The notes under the pieces are model-generated. The model was not told the DNA's origin and searched no databases. It saw only the letters and a list, made by a program, of their open reading frames with translations. From positions 117,286,210 through 117,324,936 of the forward strand of contig NC_068982.1 of assembly GCF_001194135.2 (NCBI RefSeq): a stretch of DNA of 38,727 bases. The letters run 5' to 3'. How positions within the stretch are numbered: the first letter of the stretch is position 1; every line of letters begins with the position of its first letter. The position numbers and the translations under genes are program-made. Of this stretch, positions 12,072-23,289 are shown piece by piece. The stretch comes from Octopus bimaculoides (taxonomy: Eukaryota).

Positions 12072-12771
12072 NNNNNNNNNNNNNNNNNNNNNNNNNNNNN
12101 NNNNNNNNNNNNNNNNNNNNNNNNNNNNNNNNNNNNNNNNNNNNNNNNNNNNNNNNNNNNNNNNNNNNNNNNNNNNNNNNNNNNNNNNNNNNNNNNNNNN
12201 NNNNNNNNNNNNNNNNNNNNNNNNNNNNNNNNNNNNNNNNNNNNNNNNNNNNNNNNNNNNNNNNNNNNNNNNNNNNNNNNNNNNNNNNNNNNNNNNNNNN
12301 NNNNNNNNNNNNNNNNNNNNNNNNNNNNNNNNNNNNNNNNNNNNNNNNNNNNNNNNNNNNNNNNNNNNNNNNNNNNNNNNNNNNNNNNNNNNNNNNNNNN
12401 NNNNNNNNNNNNNNNNNNNNNNNNNNNNNNNNNNNNNNNNNNNNNNNNNNNNNNNNNNNNNNNNNNNNNNNNNNNNNNNNNNNNNNNNNNNNNNNNNNNN
12501 NNNNNNNNNNNNNNNNNNNNNNNNNNNNNNNNNNNNNNNNNNNNNNNNNNNNNNNNNNNNNNNNNNNNNNNNNNNNNNNNNNNNNNNNNNNNNNNNNNNN
12601 NNNNNNNNNNNNNNNNNNNNNNNNNNNNNNNNNNNNNNNNNNNNNNNNNNNNNNNNNNNNNNNNNNNNNNNNNNNNNNNNNNNNNNNNNNNNNNNNNNNN
12701 NNNNNNNNNNNNNNNNNNNNNNNNNNNNNNNNNNNNNNNNNNNNNNNNNNNNNNNNNNNNNNNNNNNNNNN
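12072..12771. other. Assembly gap after (CT)n(AT)n
   Basis: N run. Confidence 1.
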
Positions 12772-13272
12772 ACGTTCTTCCGATCTAGTGGCTATATATT
12801 GGAAATACACCGGCCCAATGGTTTCCCTTTATGGCAGAATTTATAGTCAAGAATATTTAAGCATTTTATCTGATTAAATTCATCCTATGTTTGTGCAACT
12901 GTTTCCGGAAGAAATCTTTTAGGTTGATAATACATCAATTTACACAGCTAGAGCTGTTACTGAATGGCACGAGGAGCATTCTAGTGAAGTTGAACATCAT
13001 ATCTGGCCACAACAGCCCCCAGATCTCAATATTATTGAAAATTTATGGTGTATTTTAGAAAACCATGTAAGGAGCCGATGTCCTCCACCATCATCGCTAC
13101 AAGAACTGGAGACTGTTTTAGTTGAAGAGGGGACAAAAATTCCATTGGAAACAATTCAATCTTTGTACGGGTCCATATCTCGTAGAATTCAAGTTGTAAC
13201 TACTGCCAAAGGTTGTCCTACCCCATATTGAAATAAATTTGTTCGAAATTTTAAGGTGTTTCCATTATTTTG
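12772..13272 (+). mobile_element. Tc1-like transposase 3' half, D36E spacing, inactive
   Basis: VDNTSIYTA...WPQQPPDLNIIENLW...SISRRIQVVTTAKGCPTPY*; 36 residues between D and E; in-frame stops. Confidence 0.9.
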
Positions 13273-13354
13273 TATGTATGTATGTATGTATGTGTGTGTG
13301 TTTGTGTGTGTGTGTGTATGTGTATGTGTGTGTATATCAGTTACGTACCTATGT

Positions 13355-13570
13355 GTTTTATCTTTTATCTCTTACATGTTTCAGTCATTAGACTGCGGCC
13401 GTGGTGGAGCACTCCCTTGAAAACTTTTTAGTCGAATGGACGAGGCCAGTACTTTCTTTTCAGGCTTGGTACTATTTCCCATATTGTTTTGCCGAACCCC
13501 TACTTTACGGGATGTAAATACACCAAAGCGGGATGTGAAGCCGGAAACAAATGTGGTTGGGAAGCAAATT
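13355..13570 (-). mobile_element. SINE family A, 3' part
   Basis: tgtttcagtcattagactgcggcc...ttagtcgaatgga...ttttgccgaac. Confidence 0.8.
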
Positions 13571-14119
13571 TACTACCACACAATCACGCCTGCGTCTATA
13601 CATGTATTCTTAATGTCGTTGCGTTCTACGCTTCCTGTTTTTCTATAAAATCTTTTCTCTGCTACAGTGTCCGGTCTCTCTTTCTCTTTCCTCTCCCTTC
13701 TATCTCTCTCCCCTTCTCTCTCCATCTTTTCTATTTCACCCCATTTCTTTTTCTCTCTCCCTTTTATCCCTCACCCTTTCCTTCTTTCTTTTTCTCTTCA
13801 TGGCAACGTGACTTGCATGTTCAATAGACTTTCTCATATCTGTACACTCTTAACCTCCTATCAGCTGCATTTAACACTCATTCTTTATCAATTCTCTCAC
13901 TTTCATCTCTTGGGCTTCGAACAAAGACAAACACACAACCACCTGAATGAATATTACATGATGTATTATTCCTTTATAAAATTAAATCTTTCGCTGTATG
14001 TGGTTTAGGAAATTTATTTCATCCGATTTATTTGAAAGAGAAAATACTACTTTTGTGATTCTGCTTTTTTGTGCTTTACATTTGATTTAGGTAATTTAGT
14101 TTCTAAATATTTATGAAGT

Positions 14120-14700
14120 CTATGGTTCATTTTATATTTGATTATACTTGATACCGTCCTGTAGGTTACTAATTCCTCAGTGATATTCTGATGACTGATT
14201 CCCTAATTGAGTAATATTTGACTCATCTGTCCGTTTCCAAAATAAGAAGTAACATTATATATGTAAAATGTCTGACGTTTCTGTCGAGATTGTGCCATAA
14301 TGTAACAGACAGTCTTCGTTTCAAAATGCAATATAGAAATTTTAGCGTATGTCTATATCTTTATTTATATATGTGAATCTTTCGATTCACAAGATAATAT
14401 TAGAATATTAGAATATTCTATGTTAGAATATAATATAAACGTATCTTTTACACAAGTATATTCCTCAAAATATTTTTCCTATTTTGAGTACCCACTACGG
14501 TTAAAGAAACGTATATGAATGAGAGTTTTGTCTTCAATATCTTTAAGTCAAAATATTGCTGAGTAAAACGTTCGTAATTTCTGCCAGTTGCTGATCGCAC
14601 CACAAGATTTTGAAAACAAAGGATGTATTAACCTTAAATGAGATAAGTATCTGAGCATGGTAGTATCTAAAGATCATCCTTCTATGTCGTCATATCAATG
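14120..14700 (+). pseudogene. Possible Cys-loop receptor remnant
   Basis: FDYT*YRPV (14155), FDSQ (14381), LRLKKR (14501) and FLPVADR (about 14578) occur in the correct order but with compressed spacing. Confidence 0.3.
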
Positions 14701-14957
14701 CCCTAATAAAAAAATAAATTGCTGCAAGCTGCAACGAAGATACATTGGAAGGCAGGCTTAATTCAAAATATAAATGCGTAATCTTCTTTCTTTAGTGGCT
14801 ATAAAAAAACAATACGAGGAAATAAATTTCGACGATGGACCTTGTATCAGAAAATCGTTTTTATAACATCACAGATGAAAGTTATATAACAATGTTTTGA
14901 ATATATTTTTACCGAGATAAAATGCATTGATTCCTGCAAAATCTGTATTATACTCTA

Positions 14958-15400
14958 CGAAGTGTGATCAAATTTTATGGGGACTTATGCCATCAAAAGG
15001 AAAGTAAAACATATCAATTCAGGATTTAATCTCATTCGAAGTATCCCCCTTCTGAAGCCTCAGTTTTTATCCTTCGACGTTGCTATTGATGTAAACATTT
15101 TTGGAACTCTATTTTTGTGATAGCGAGCAGTTGTCTCGTCGTATTCTTTCGGATTTGCTTGACGCCTTGAAATCTTATTGGAGGTCTTCCACTGCGAATA
15201 CTGAGCCTCAGTTTCGGGGTCATAGCCATAGACCCTTGATTCGTCACCTGGTATGAACGCTTTCGAAACGTTTTCTTTCTCCACGGAAAATTCAAGGGGA
15301 ACCTGCGCAGCTGCAACCTAATCTTCTTTGTAGACGACCACACTCTTCACGAAACTGAGCGACAACGTTACAAAGTACTGTGCATGCGCGACAGAGTTAA
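14958..15400 (-). mobile_element. Mariner-type transposon, internally deleted
   Basis: FIPGDESRVYGYDPETEAQYSQWK (TGDESWVYGYDPE motif); TA|cgaagtgtgatcaaa terminus at 14956-14972. Confidence 0.85.
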
Positions 15401-15439
15401 ACGTCAAGTTGTGCTAAGCGGCTTCACTCTGCGTAATTT

Positions 15440-15660
15440 AGCTCCGTTACATTAGCAAACGATTTTCAATCAGATATCGTATCTTATAATGCAGGAACTT
15501 AATATTGGTCTCATAACTGTTCACAGAAAAGCGAACAAAATTAAAACAAGCAATATATTCCTATGTCCCGCTGAACACTATGATACTTATTCCAACCCCG
15601 AAGATATATCAATGTTATGGAAGTTGCTCCTCTCCACAACGCTTGACAATTTATGTTGTT
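15440..15660 (+). pseudogene. nAChR-like subunit N-terminal fragment (beta1-beta3)
   Basis: ORF 15489: LNIGLITVHRKANKIKTSNIFL...DTYSNPED...LWK, compare the canonical LIDVDEKNQILTTNVWL...D..L.WNPEDY...IWKP, nearly in register in one frame. Confidence 0.55.
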
Positions 15661-15711
15661 TTGCTTACGACGGTGCGGCTTAGTATTTTGGCATTAGAAG
15701 CCAAGAGAATA

Positions 15712-15928
15712 GTCTTTTCTACTCTAGGCACAAGGCTTGAAATTTTTGGGGAGGAGGCCACTCGGTTTGACTGATCCCAGTACGTAACTGATACTTACGT
15801 TATCGAACTCGAAAGGATGAAAGGCAAAGTCGACCTTGGCGCAATTTGAACTAATAATGTAAAGACAGACGAAATACCACTAAGTATTTCGCCCGGCGTA
15901 GTAACGATTCTGCCAGCTCGCCGTCTTG
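15712..15928 (-). mobile_element. SINE family B, full length, best-preserved copy
   Basis: Minus strand: gacggcgagctggcagaatcgtt (A-box-like) ... gttcaaatt (B-box-like) ... gtcgactttgcctttcatcctttcg. Confidence 0.9.
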
Positions 15929-16182
15929 CTAAGAGAATATTACTGTAAAAAATGTAGTACTGGGATCGATTCTTTTGACTAGGACATTTCATGGAAGTGT
16001 CAGAGCAAGGATTCAGTCCAAAAACTGAAGAAAAAAAAAAGAGATGAAGAAGACAACTTAAGGAAATATCGATATATAAATGTATAATATCGTGTTCTAC
16101 TTGCTTCAGCCTTTAGACTGCTGTGATACTGGGTTACCGCCTTCCAGAATTATATACATAGATACTTACATGCACACATAAA

Positions 16183-16400
16183 TACGTACGTACGTACGTA
16201 CGTACCTACCTACCTACCTACCTACCTACCTACCTACCTACCTACCTACCTACCTTCCTACCTACCTACCTACCTACCTACCTACCTACCTACCTACATG
16301 CATACATGCATACATATATACATACATACATACATACACATACATACATACACACATTCATACATATATACATACATACATACATACATGCATACACACA

Positions 16401-16431
<31 letters not shown>

Positions 16432-16445
16432 GTGTGTGTGTGCAA
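16183..16445. repeat. Compound microsatellite (TACG)n-(TACC)n-(TACA)n-(TG)n
   Basis: Direct reading. Confidence 0.95.
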
Positions 16446-16519
16446 GTGTGTATTTTTTGACAAAGTCATGGGAAAGCAGCTCTTGTTTATTATGACATAA
16501 AACTTACAGTCAAAACAAT

Positions 16520-16990
16520 ATCAGTGATGTTGAAATGCTTGTTACTTGAATCTACTATGGCAACCGAGAGAGTAGCAAACTGTTGCACAAGCCTTTGTTA
16601 TTTCAATCCAGTGATGAACGGATGGCTCACAATAATTTCATTTCATGGATATCATACATGCGCATGGATGAAAGTAAACCAGCACATTCAGATTGAATGT
16701 AAGACAGATATCATCTGAGAAGATGAAGCAATATTCTTGCTCGTCTAAAGAATAACATTTATATTCCCTTTCTCAAAAGATGCACCAGATAAGCCAAAGT
16801 ATATACTAAATCAAACATTAGTTAACCATGTATTCGCAATTAAATTATTGCCTGGCTTTATGAACAAAGCCACAAACTAATGTTAAATCTTTTTAGACAG
16901 GTATACCCTTGAACGAGGAAATAAAAAAATATCGACACAACGCGTGCCACAAAGTCCCCTCAGTTTCATCTGAGAGACGTTATTCAGTGA
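16520..16990 (+). pseudogene. Cys-loop receptor extracellular-domain remnant
   Basis: One frame: VMNGWLTI (16611-16635), II* (TGA as former TGG, 16716), LLPG, C*IFLDRY (16881); a 1-nt shift then gives PLNEE in the YPFD.Q register. Confidence 0.4.
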
Positions 16991-17046
16991 CATAAAGCAG
17001 CAGTGATTAGCATATTCACGTTCAAATCTTTCGGAGGATTTTAAGA

Positions 17047-18115
17047 TTGAATACATATGTCATCGTTCTTATTCTCGCACTTCTTCTTGTGCATGTCAAT
17101 TTATGCTAAGACTTTTTTTTATCAGAATATAATTTCATTTAGTTCTCGGGATATATAATGTTGGTTTCTAGAGATTGTCAAGTAAAAGATGTTTATGTTT
17201 GGTTTTTGTAGAGACGAATTTACCACGTGTCCAAATATCATAATCGGCAAAATGTACAGCCAATTAGGAAGGACCATATAGTTCGAAACTTGTAGGATTT
17301 TCTTTCTTTAGACCGTACTTTTCTGTTAACGTCGTCAGTAAAAGCCAGGAAAATTATTATCAGACATGGAATTGCACAAATGATATATTGGGAAAGTAAT
17401 GTGGAGGATAGTTAAGGCGAGATCGAAAAGATGAGATAAAATTTAGATGATAAAATGCTCAGCTGTAGCTACCGCTGAAGATACGGAATTATTTCATGGT
17501 TCATTAGTGAATGCTTCTTAGTATACTTCGATTTCTTCCAAAATCTTCTACTATTGTAGCAGATATGAAGCAGACATAATCAAAGCTTGAATCCTCTTGT
17601 TGTTAGTCCTAAATTAGGATTCGCTATTTCTATTAAGTAAGAGCCACAGTGTAGATAATGCCATATTCATCTACCAAGGGAATAATATGAAATCTCTTAA
17701 AAGCTGCCAAATCCTATAAACGTTTATTTTTAATGTTTATTTTCTTTTTAATGTTTTTTTTCTTCTTTTTTCGTTTTTCCTCTTATTTTTTCAAATGGAA
17801 TTTTACGGAAGTGCACCAAGTTCATTGCTTGAAATTTCGTTCTACTAATTTTTGCGGAAGGAATGCTATTAATTTCTTCATGCCGACGTAACTAATCAAG
17901 GAGATTCTATCGCCATTAAAACAAGTCCTCAAAGATGGTATCTCAGCATTAATAAACCATTAAGTTTTTCATTTAATTCGATATCAATTTTAGAATTGGT
18001 AAAACATAATTATTTCATATTGCTATTTCTTGCATCAAGCAATGTGTAGCAACAACTTAACAACAGAATAATTTCTGTACCGGAGTTGTTTATCATAAAT
18101 GCAAACATAGTGTTG
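17047..18115 (+). pseudogene. Near full-length chemotactile-receptor-like Cys-loop subunit pseudogene
   Basis: Signal-like YVIVLILALLLVHV (17056); RRIYH...NVQP (17212-17262); VKARKIIIRHGIAQMIYW (17338-17391); DKI*; C-x13-C with a 1-nt insertion (about 17555-17600); GII*NLLK; INFFMPT (17868); SISIL (17978); SVPEL. Compared with an octopus CR sequence recalled from memory. Confidence 0.55.
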
Positions 18116-18200
18116 TAATCAATGATTCATATGCATGCACATGCACACATATACATGCATACACAAGTAAAAATATATTTCGGAATTCAGAATTATTCCT

Positions 18201-18201
18201 A

Positions 18202-18255
<54 letters not shown>

Positions 18256-18256
18256 G
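18201..18256. repeat. (ACT)n microsatellite
   Basis: Direct reading. Confidence 0.95.
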
Positions 18257-18450
18257 ATGCTACTGTTGCCCTTGCTAATGCTGCTAATGCTGCTGCTATT
18301 GTAGCTGCTGTAAATAACAACAGAATGATTTCTTGGCCGTGAGAATGTAAATACATAATATGAAGGTGACATAGGAGAAGGTTGCATAACACATGAAGTT
18401 TACAACAAATTTGAATGTTTGCATATTACTGGAAAGTAACAACAGTTTAA

Positions 18451-19310
18451 AATGTAATTTATAAAAGCACCCAACCTAAAAATAGAAACGAAACCATCAC
18501 TTCAGTAGTATTAGGATACAACTCAGATTATTTTTGCTCCGGATATCTCTTTGTCTCTCCTGAGAAACACCTAACTGGTAGGATCGACATTATCAAACCT
18601 CTTTTCATTGACTCTGACAAATTCGCACTTCATAACCGATATGTTTTGGCAAATTGCAAAATATACATTATCTGGGATGGGAGGACGTTAATAGCTGTTT
18701 ATAAGTCTATTGGCAGCGTCTTTCTAAAAGAATCTATCTTATAAATTTTTACTTCTCGGGAAACAATTTTATAGAAAATGCTATGCAAGCCTCAATTAAT
18801 CGTATGTCATTCGGTACCGTGCTGCAATTACGTCCTCCAGTAAAGTGTGCGTATCATTGGACAATTTCTCACCAAGATCCTACTACTTTTTTTCTCGTAT
18901 AATACAGTGCCAGCCTGAAACAGGATTGAAGTTCTCGAACGCTGTCCACCCCCACATATTCTACACACCACATACATGGTTCTATATGTCTTACGTGGGT
19001 CGAAAGTACAGATCTCTTACTAGCTATCGGTCACGACACATTATAAATTTGAAGTCTGTAAAACACCCCCAGTTATTAACAAGACAGAGGCATGCCATTC
19101 TCCTCTCTTTCCTTTCTTTAATAGCAAAAGTTATATTGGCAAAGAGATACTCTCTTTCGACAAAAGCCGTCCAGATGTGTTCTCTACTGGAATTGTTGCA
19201 AATATCTAGCGATCTTCACGTTCTGCATTATTATTAGATTTTGAGTTGTTTATATTCTTGATCTTATTACACTTAAAAGCGACTTTTTCACCATGATATT
19301 TGCTTGCTTT
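18451..19310 (+). pseudogene. Cys-loop receptor subunit pseudogene
   Basis: ATG-less open frame of about 97 codons from 18451: YKSTQPKNRNETITSVVLG...IIWDGRTL. Then ORF 18845-19237: CVSLDNFSP (P at Cys-loop position 9), HTW, AILLSFLSL, KRYSLS...ISSDL; TM3-like ELFIFLILL. Confidence 0.45.
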
Positions 19311-19889
19311 TTAATAGATAGCTGTGATTGCTTGCATTTCGTCGCTGTTTAATCCCTCGTGTGGAATGTATATTTGTAAATAATTTTCTAAAGTCGTGTT
19401 CGTTCCTGACACTTCCTGAAGACGCCTCTGTTGCGATTTCTCACCAGTAATACTACAACCCTCATTGAAACAACTGTATGGTCCACTTATCACATATATG
19501 GTGAAGTTGAAATGCAAACGTCCACATGCAATTAAACGATAATGTGGAAGTCAAAATTTACTACTTCTCTTAAATGAGCATGAGTCTTACTAATGACGTA
19601 TGCTTTTGCTTAATATTCCAGAACGAAAATGGAAATAAAATATTCTTTTAAACTTGAAACCTGCGTAGAATTACGTCTTTATCCTGGAATCATTCAATAG
19701 CTACATGATTTGGGAAACGGGTATGGTTAGAAAAATAATCTTCTTTCAATGGATGGTATAAAGGTTTATGTGAAAAATCAGTAACTGCTTGATAGTCTTG
19801 TACATACTGGTCACATTTTCTCAAATGACGTCGGTATTGAATTTGGAATCGAAATTCTATACCCACATTTTGAAAATTAAATGAGGAAA

Positions 19890-20800
19890 ATTTGAAGGAA
19901 TTTGAAGGAATTTAAATGTCAACAGAGAAAACAATGAAAGGACAGTTGTATAAGTATTTGGGCACACAGGAAGCATATGATATAAAACACGGAGAAATGA
20001 AACAAATTACCAGTAGAAAGTGTATACGGTGAGTGAGAAAATTACTACAGTCTAAGCTGAATTCAAAAGAAACCGTTGCACGGTTAATTTTGGAAAGTCA
20101 CTGAGGATGTTATGTGGAATAAAATCCTGGGCTTGGTTTAAAAAAGGGCAATTAAAAAAAAGAAATAGAGTGCCTAATTCTAGCAGCCCAGAACCAAGCG
20201 ATAAAAACAACTTGAGAAAAATATATGTGCGAAGAACGTGTCAGAAAAATGTAGAGTGTCTGGAACTTGTAATGAGGCAATCACACACATTGTTGCAGAA
20301 TGTCCCAAGGTGATACAGGAGGAATATAGGGAATGGGAGCATGACCAAATTGTAATAGGTTCACACTGATACCTTTGCTAGAAATGGGGGATTTGAAGCT
20401 GGAGTTACATTGCATGATCAACAGGTCGAAATTGTGGTGGATTGCAGAAATGTAAAATTTCGTAGGACTTTCCTAATCAAACGGACAAGAAGCTAGAAAA
20501 TGACGGACCAGACATGGAATAATAGACAAGTAAAAGTGAAGTTGCTTATTAATTGATCCATCATGTCCGTTTGATTCCAGGAGCGTAAATAAGATGATGA
20601 AATTCAAAAAATTACAATCCCTTAAGATTTGAAATTGCAAGAATTTGGAGTATGAAAACTGTAAAGGTTGTACTGAAAATAATTGGTGAATTGGGAATTA
20701 TAGTCAAATGGTTGGTGAAGATTAAAATAGAATGTCCTTAAGAAGTTCTACAGAATCTTTGTCTGTTAGGGACAGAAAAGTACATCAAGAAGGTTCTCCA
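19890..20800 (+). mobile_element. R4/Dong-clade LINE 3' fragment (RT end, CCHC, REL endonuclease)
   Basis: YKYLGTQEAYDIKHGEMK; EIECLILAAQNQAIKT; HIVAECPKVIQEEY...HDQIV; PDME...LIDPSCPFD; FEIARIWSMK. Confidence 0.85.
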
Positions 20801-21069
20801 ACAAACTAGCATGAATGGTGCATGAGGGACCTCTGACAGATTCTGTAGAGAAAGACACCTCAGCGGACACCTTATCAGGATTTAGAATAACACTTATTCA
20901 AGAGAAATATTGGTATATCATATTGATACCAGTGAAAGTCTACCATATCCTAGAAAAAAAAAACAGACAGAAGAAACAATCAACGCGGGAAAAAGCAGGA
21001 AATTTGTCAGAAAACGAAGCCGTTTACTACAAGTCCCTGTGCAATACAAATATAGACCGTTGAGAAAAA

Positions 21070-21450
21070 CTGTAGTCATCCTAGATCGTCGTGACAATCG
21101 AGTAACCAGATGATTTGTGGTGTTAGAAGATAAAGAAAATAATCCTGATCAGTCTTATAATCAAGTAAGCAGAAAGATACGATATTTACATTATTTACAT
21201 TTGGCGGATATTTGTCCTCATCTTTTTTGTTGTTAATACAACGTTTAGGCTGATATACCCTCAAACCTTCATCAGGTGTCTTGGTGAAATTTCGAACCTG
21301 GGTTTTCAGTCCCAAGGTCTTCTTCTCCTCCTCCTCCTTCTTCTTCTTCTTCTTCTTCTTCTTCTTCTTCTTCTTCTTCTTCTTCTTCTTCTTCTTCTTC
21401 TTCTTCTTCTTCTTCTTCTTCTTCTTCTTCTTCTTCTTCTTCTTCTTCTT

Positions 21451-21481
<31 letters not shown>

Positions 21482-21740
21482 TTATTATTATTATTATTAT
21501 CATCATCATCATCATTGCGATTGCACAGCTTCTAATGCTGGAGATGTACTATGGTGTCAGCTCTTCACTACCAGTGAACTAAGGTAACACCTTTTATTTA
21601 TCGAGCACCTTCATATCAGCTGAAACGTTGTCTTAACAACAAACAAGATGTAGACAAATATCCGTCAAATGTAAATAATGTAAATAATGTAAATAATTAC
21701 CAATCTCTTAAATATAAAAGAAAGATACGGTCAATCTTTT
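21070..21740. mobile_element. Penelope-like non-autonomous element with inverted arms and a central (CTT)n
   Basis: 74-bp arms at 21183-21256 and 21613-21686 are inverted copies (7 mismatches); CTGATGA...TAAA core on the minus strand at 21244-21275. The PLE assignment is inference. Confidence 0.55.
21320..21515. repeat. (CTT)n-(ATT)n-(ATC)n compound microsatellite
   Basis: Direct reading. Confidence 0.95.
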
Positions 21741-21745
21741 AAATA

Positions 21746-22690
21746 CATGAGCAACAATTACTTGCAGAATTGCTGAGAGAAAGGAAGGAAAGCGTGGCTA
21801 CTTCCAGTTAAAGTTGTCTATAGATTATTTCAAGTCTAATCGGTATGGGGAATAGTTACAACTCGTGGGATGAGAGATGCCTGCGAAAAATATCTCTGAG
21901 CAGAATGAGCAAGTGAGAAGTGTTTGTTGATGCTTAGGGCGCAAGAGAGAAGAGCTAATCAGAAACCCTGAGGGACATGATGGTGATAATTTGGACACCA
22001 ACTGCGAACGTTATGGTTTAAGTTTGGAGACCAAATCATGAAATCCAGCTCTCCTGGTCAAAAATACATTCACCGAGAATGAGTGAATGAGAAACACCAG
22101 CTAGGAGTAATTACTTTCATTTTATTCCATTAGAGGATAAATTTATTTGTATATCTAATAGATTGTGTTATTTAAGTCCAGTAGTGACTAGATGTTCGTG
22201 ATAATTTTACATAATTTTAAGTACTGAGACATCTGCATGAATAAGGTGTGAGTACTTTCACAGACGCACACCTAATAAACAAAAGTTGTTCAACTAAAGT
22301 CTTATTATTTCCATTAGTTTATTTTCTAAGCGCCGAATTTACAAATTCTGCAGTTAGCGCTTCGTATACTGAAGCTTTCATGTAAATAATTCTAAGCTGC
22401 TTTCTTGTGTACGGCAAACATGGGCAGATATTCTGGTATAATGAAACATTTTAGCTATTGTTGACTTCATTTTTCAAAAACGCTATGGAATGTTCCATCG
22501 TGTATATAGCGAATTCATCCAGTATTATATTTATTCTATACCCTCTCAAAATTTCTGCTAGGTGTTACCCATTGCAGTGCGGCTTGGCCTAACGGCCTTT
22601 AACGTTTGTCTTCGCCGTTTGTTTACTCTGTACGTCCACTCTGTTGCTGTGTGTTCGTTCGAAGCCCTAACTCTCCACAAAGTTTATATA
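21746..22690 (+). pseudogene. nAChR-like Cys-loop subunit pseudogene (best-supported copy)
   Basis: All in a single frame from 21746: HEQQLLAELL, SWDERCL (21863), IWTP (21989), PVVTRC (about 22180-22198), FIFQKRYGMFH (22466), SIPS, VRLGLTAF (22577); more than 10 in-frame stops; no introns needed. Confidence 0.65.
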
Positions 22691-22934
22691 TTCTAAATTT
22701 CTGGAAACTGCCGAAATAGGGAGTAATAAACAGTCGACAACTGAGAAGGAGTCAGACTTCTCTTGTTTTTTTCTTTTTTTTGTCCCGTACTTGTCTCCCG
22801 TTATGTGTTGACATGTTTTTTGCTCGTTGTTGATGTCCTGTTTTTATTGTGCATTTTTTTGTATTTTATCCTGTACTTGTCTTTCGCGTGTTTACGTGTT
22901 TTTTGCTCGTTGGTGTTGTCCTGTACTTAATGTG

Positions 22935-23021
22935 TATTATACATACATACATACACACACACACACAGATACACACACAAATACACACACACATATATAT
23001 ATCTTGATAGAGGAGAGAATT

Positions 23022-23090
<69 letters not shown>

Positions 23091-23100
23091 ATGTGTGTGT
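22935..23100. repeat. (CA)/(AT)/(GT)n microsatellites
   Basis: Direct reading. Confidence 0.9.
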
Positions 23101-23289
23101 TGTAGTTGTCGAGTGTGTGCGTTCTACCAATTTATATATAATAATTTTCAGTAAGATAGTAAACAAAATTGAGCTATAGAATTTATTAATGGTCATCGTG
23201 TAAATAAAACATAAAAGGTTGAGTGATATTTAAATCTGTTAATGATATATACTTTGTATATCATTGAAGCTGGTTTTTTTGTTTGTTGT

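Noticed and set aside
9877-12877. Long ORFs spanning N runs (also 30471-31523 and 35274-35772)
   Set aside because: Artefacts of translating gaps and (AT)n.
15712-15928. tRNA gene
   Set aside because: A- and B-box-like motifs belong to a repeated SINE head; no cloverleaf.
21281-21535. Poly-Phe and poly-Arg ORFs; likewise poly-Thr/Gly/Val at 24948-25278, poly-Val/Ser at 18093-18392 and poly-Tyr/His at 27941-28387
   Set aside because: Translations of trinucleotide microsatellites.
21171-21729. 11-bp direct repeat agaaagatacg (21171 and 21719) as a target-site duplication
   Set aside because: Element-like sequence continues beyond the left copy, so the motif appears internal to the repeat family rather than a TSD.
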